From: Candidatus Enterousia sp.
GTDB lineage: Bacteria; Pseudomonadota; Alphaproteobacteria; Rs-D84
Assembly (NCBI GenBank): GCA_045645645.1
Contig: JAZRJE010000011.1
Coordinates: 210 to 64,209 of the forward strand
DNA: 64,000 bases
Direction: 5' to 3'
The notes beneath the pieces were generated by a model that saw only the letters and a list, made by a program, of their open reading frames with translations, ran no database searches and was not told the DNA's origin. Numbering within the stretch: position 1 is the stretch's first letter; each line of letters starts with the position of its first letter. This document shows positions 63,734 through 64,000 of the stretch, piece by piece. A program made the translations under genes and the position numbers.

Positions 63734-64000
63734 TGTACAACAAATCTCGTACATGGGTACCTATTCGATACCCGAAGTATGCCAGATGATTAATCGTTCT
63801 GAACGTACCGTGCGCCAGATGATTGCAAACGGCTTGACCACAATTGACGACAAACGACCAACACTTATTCGCGGGACGAATTTGATAGATTTTCTGTTAA
63901 ATGAAAACGACAAAAATCGTTGCCCAATCGAATTCCACCAGTTCTATTGTCTGCACTGTCGCCAGGCCCGCATACCCAAGGGCAAGGTTATATGGTTTTC
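63726..64000 (+). CDS. HTH-containing protein, partial (runs off the window)
   Basis: Open frame from ATG 63726 with no stop to the window end. 'IPEVCQMINRSERTVRQMIANGL' is HTH-like, followed by Cys pairs 'CPIEFHQFYCLHC'. Confidence 0.45.
   Translation, partial: MYNVQQISYMGTYSIPEVCQMINRSERTVRQMIANGLTTIDDKRPTLIRGTNLIDFLLNENDKNRCPIEFHQFYCLHCRQARIPKGKVIWF

Overview
This is an AT-rich bacterial chromosome segment. The gene content looks alphaproteobacterial and possibly host-associated or genome-reduced, which is inference from DUF4164-zapA linkage, a SPOR-tagged PBP5-type carboxypeptidase and a DnaB with a late insertion. It falls into three blocks.

(1) About 0.5-13.8 kb is a podovirus (T7-supergroup-like) structural and lysis cluster, mostly on the minus strand. 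It encodes a SleB-like hydrolase, a small 2-TM protein, a gp9-like scaffold, a Lys/Ala-repeat histone-H1-like protein, a gp10-like capsid, gp11- and gp12-like tail tube proteins, the large terminase, a gp8-like portal and a GH108 lysozyme. The large terminase gene is cut into an ATPase half and a nuclease half by a 3.3-kb opposite-strand cassette. That cassette carries dnaB, a dual-HTH/S24-like regulator and an unknown ORF.

(2) About 13.9-50.7 kb is housekeeping backbone: birA, dac, recR, rsmA, a kef-like gene, lspA, yidC, parC, zapA, radC, map, holA, lptE, a tcdA-like gene, tatD, glyQS, priA, pgk, rnhB and a U32 peptidase. Small accessory islets interrupt it: a Cys-rich membrane protein plus a stand-alone OLD-family ATPase/TOPRIM nuclease, an acidic/membrane/'NNPGNIR' trio, an Imm+SHOCT protein, tandem basic paralogs and a surface-protein pair. 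A candidate CU-rich sRNA also lies here.

(3) 50.8-62.4 kb is an 11.6-kb integrative island in tRNA-Thr(UGU), bounded by 46-bp direct repeats. It has a tyrosine integrase, an Xis-like HTH protein, a DUF3631 protein and a tightly coupled hsdM-orf205-hsdS-hsdR-zinc-ribbon operon. The start of a second element follows it.

All functional calls come from motif recognition by eye, and no database search was run.
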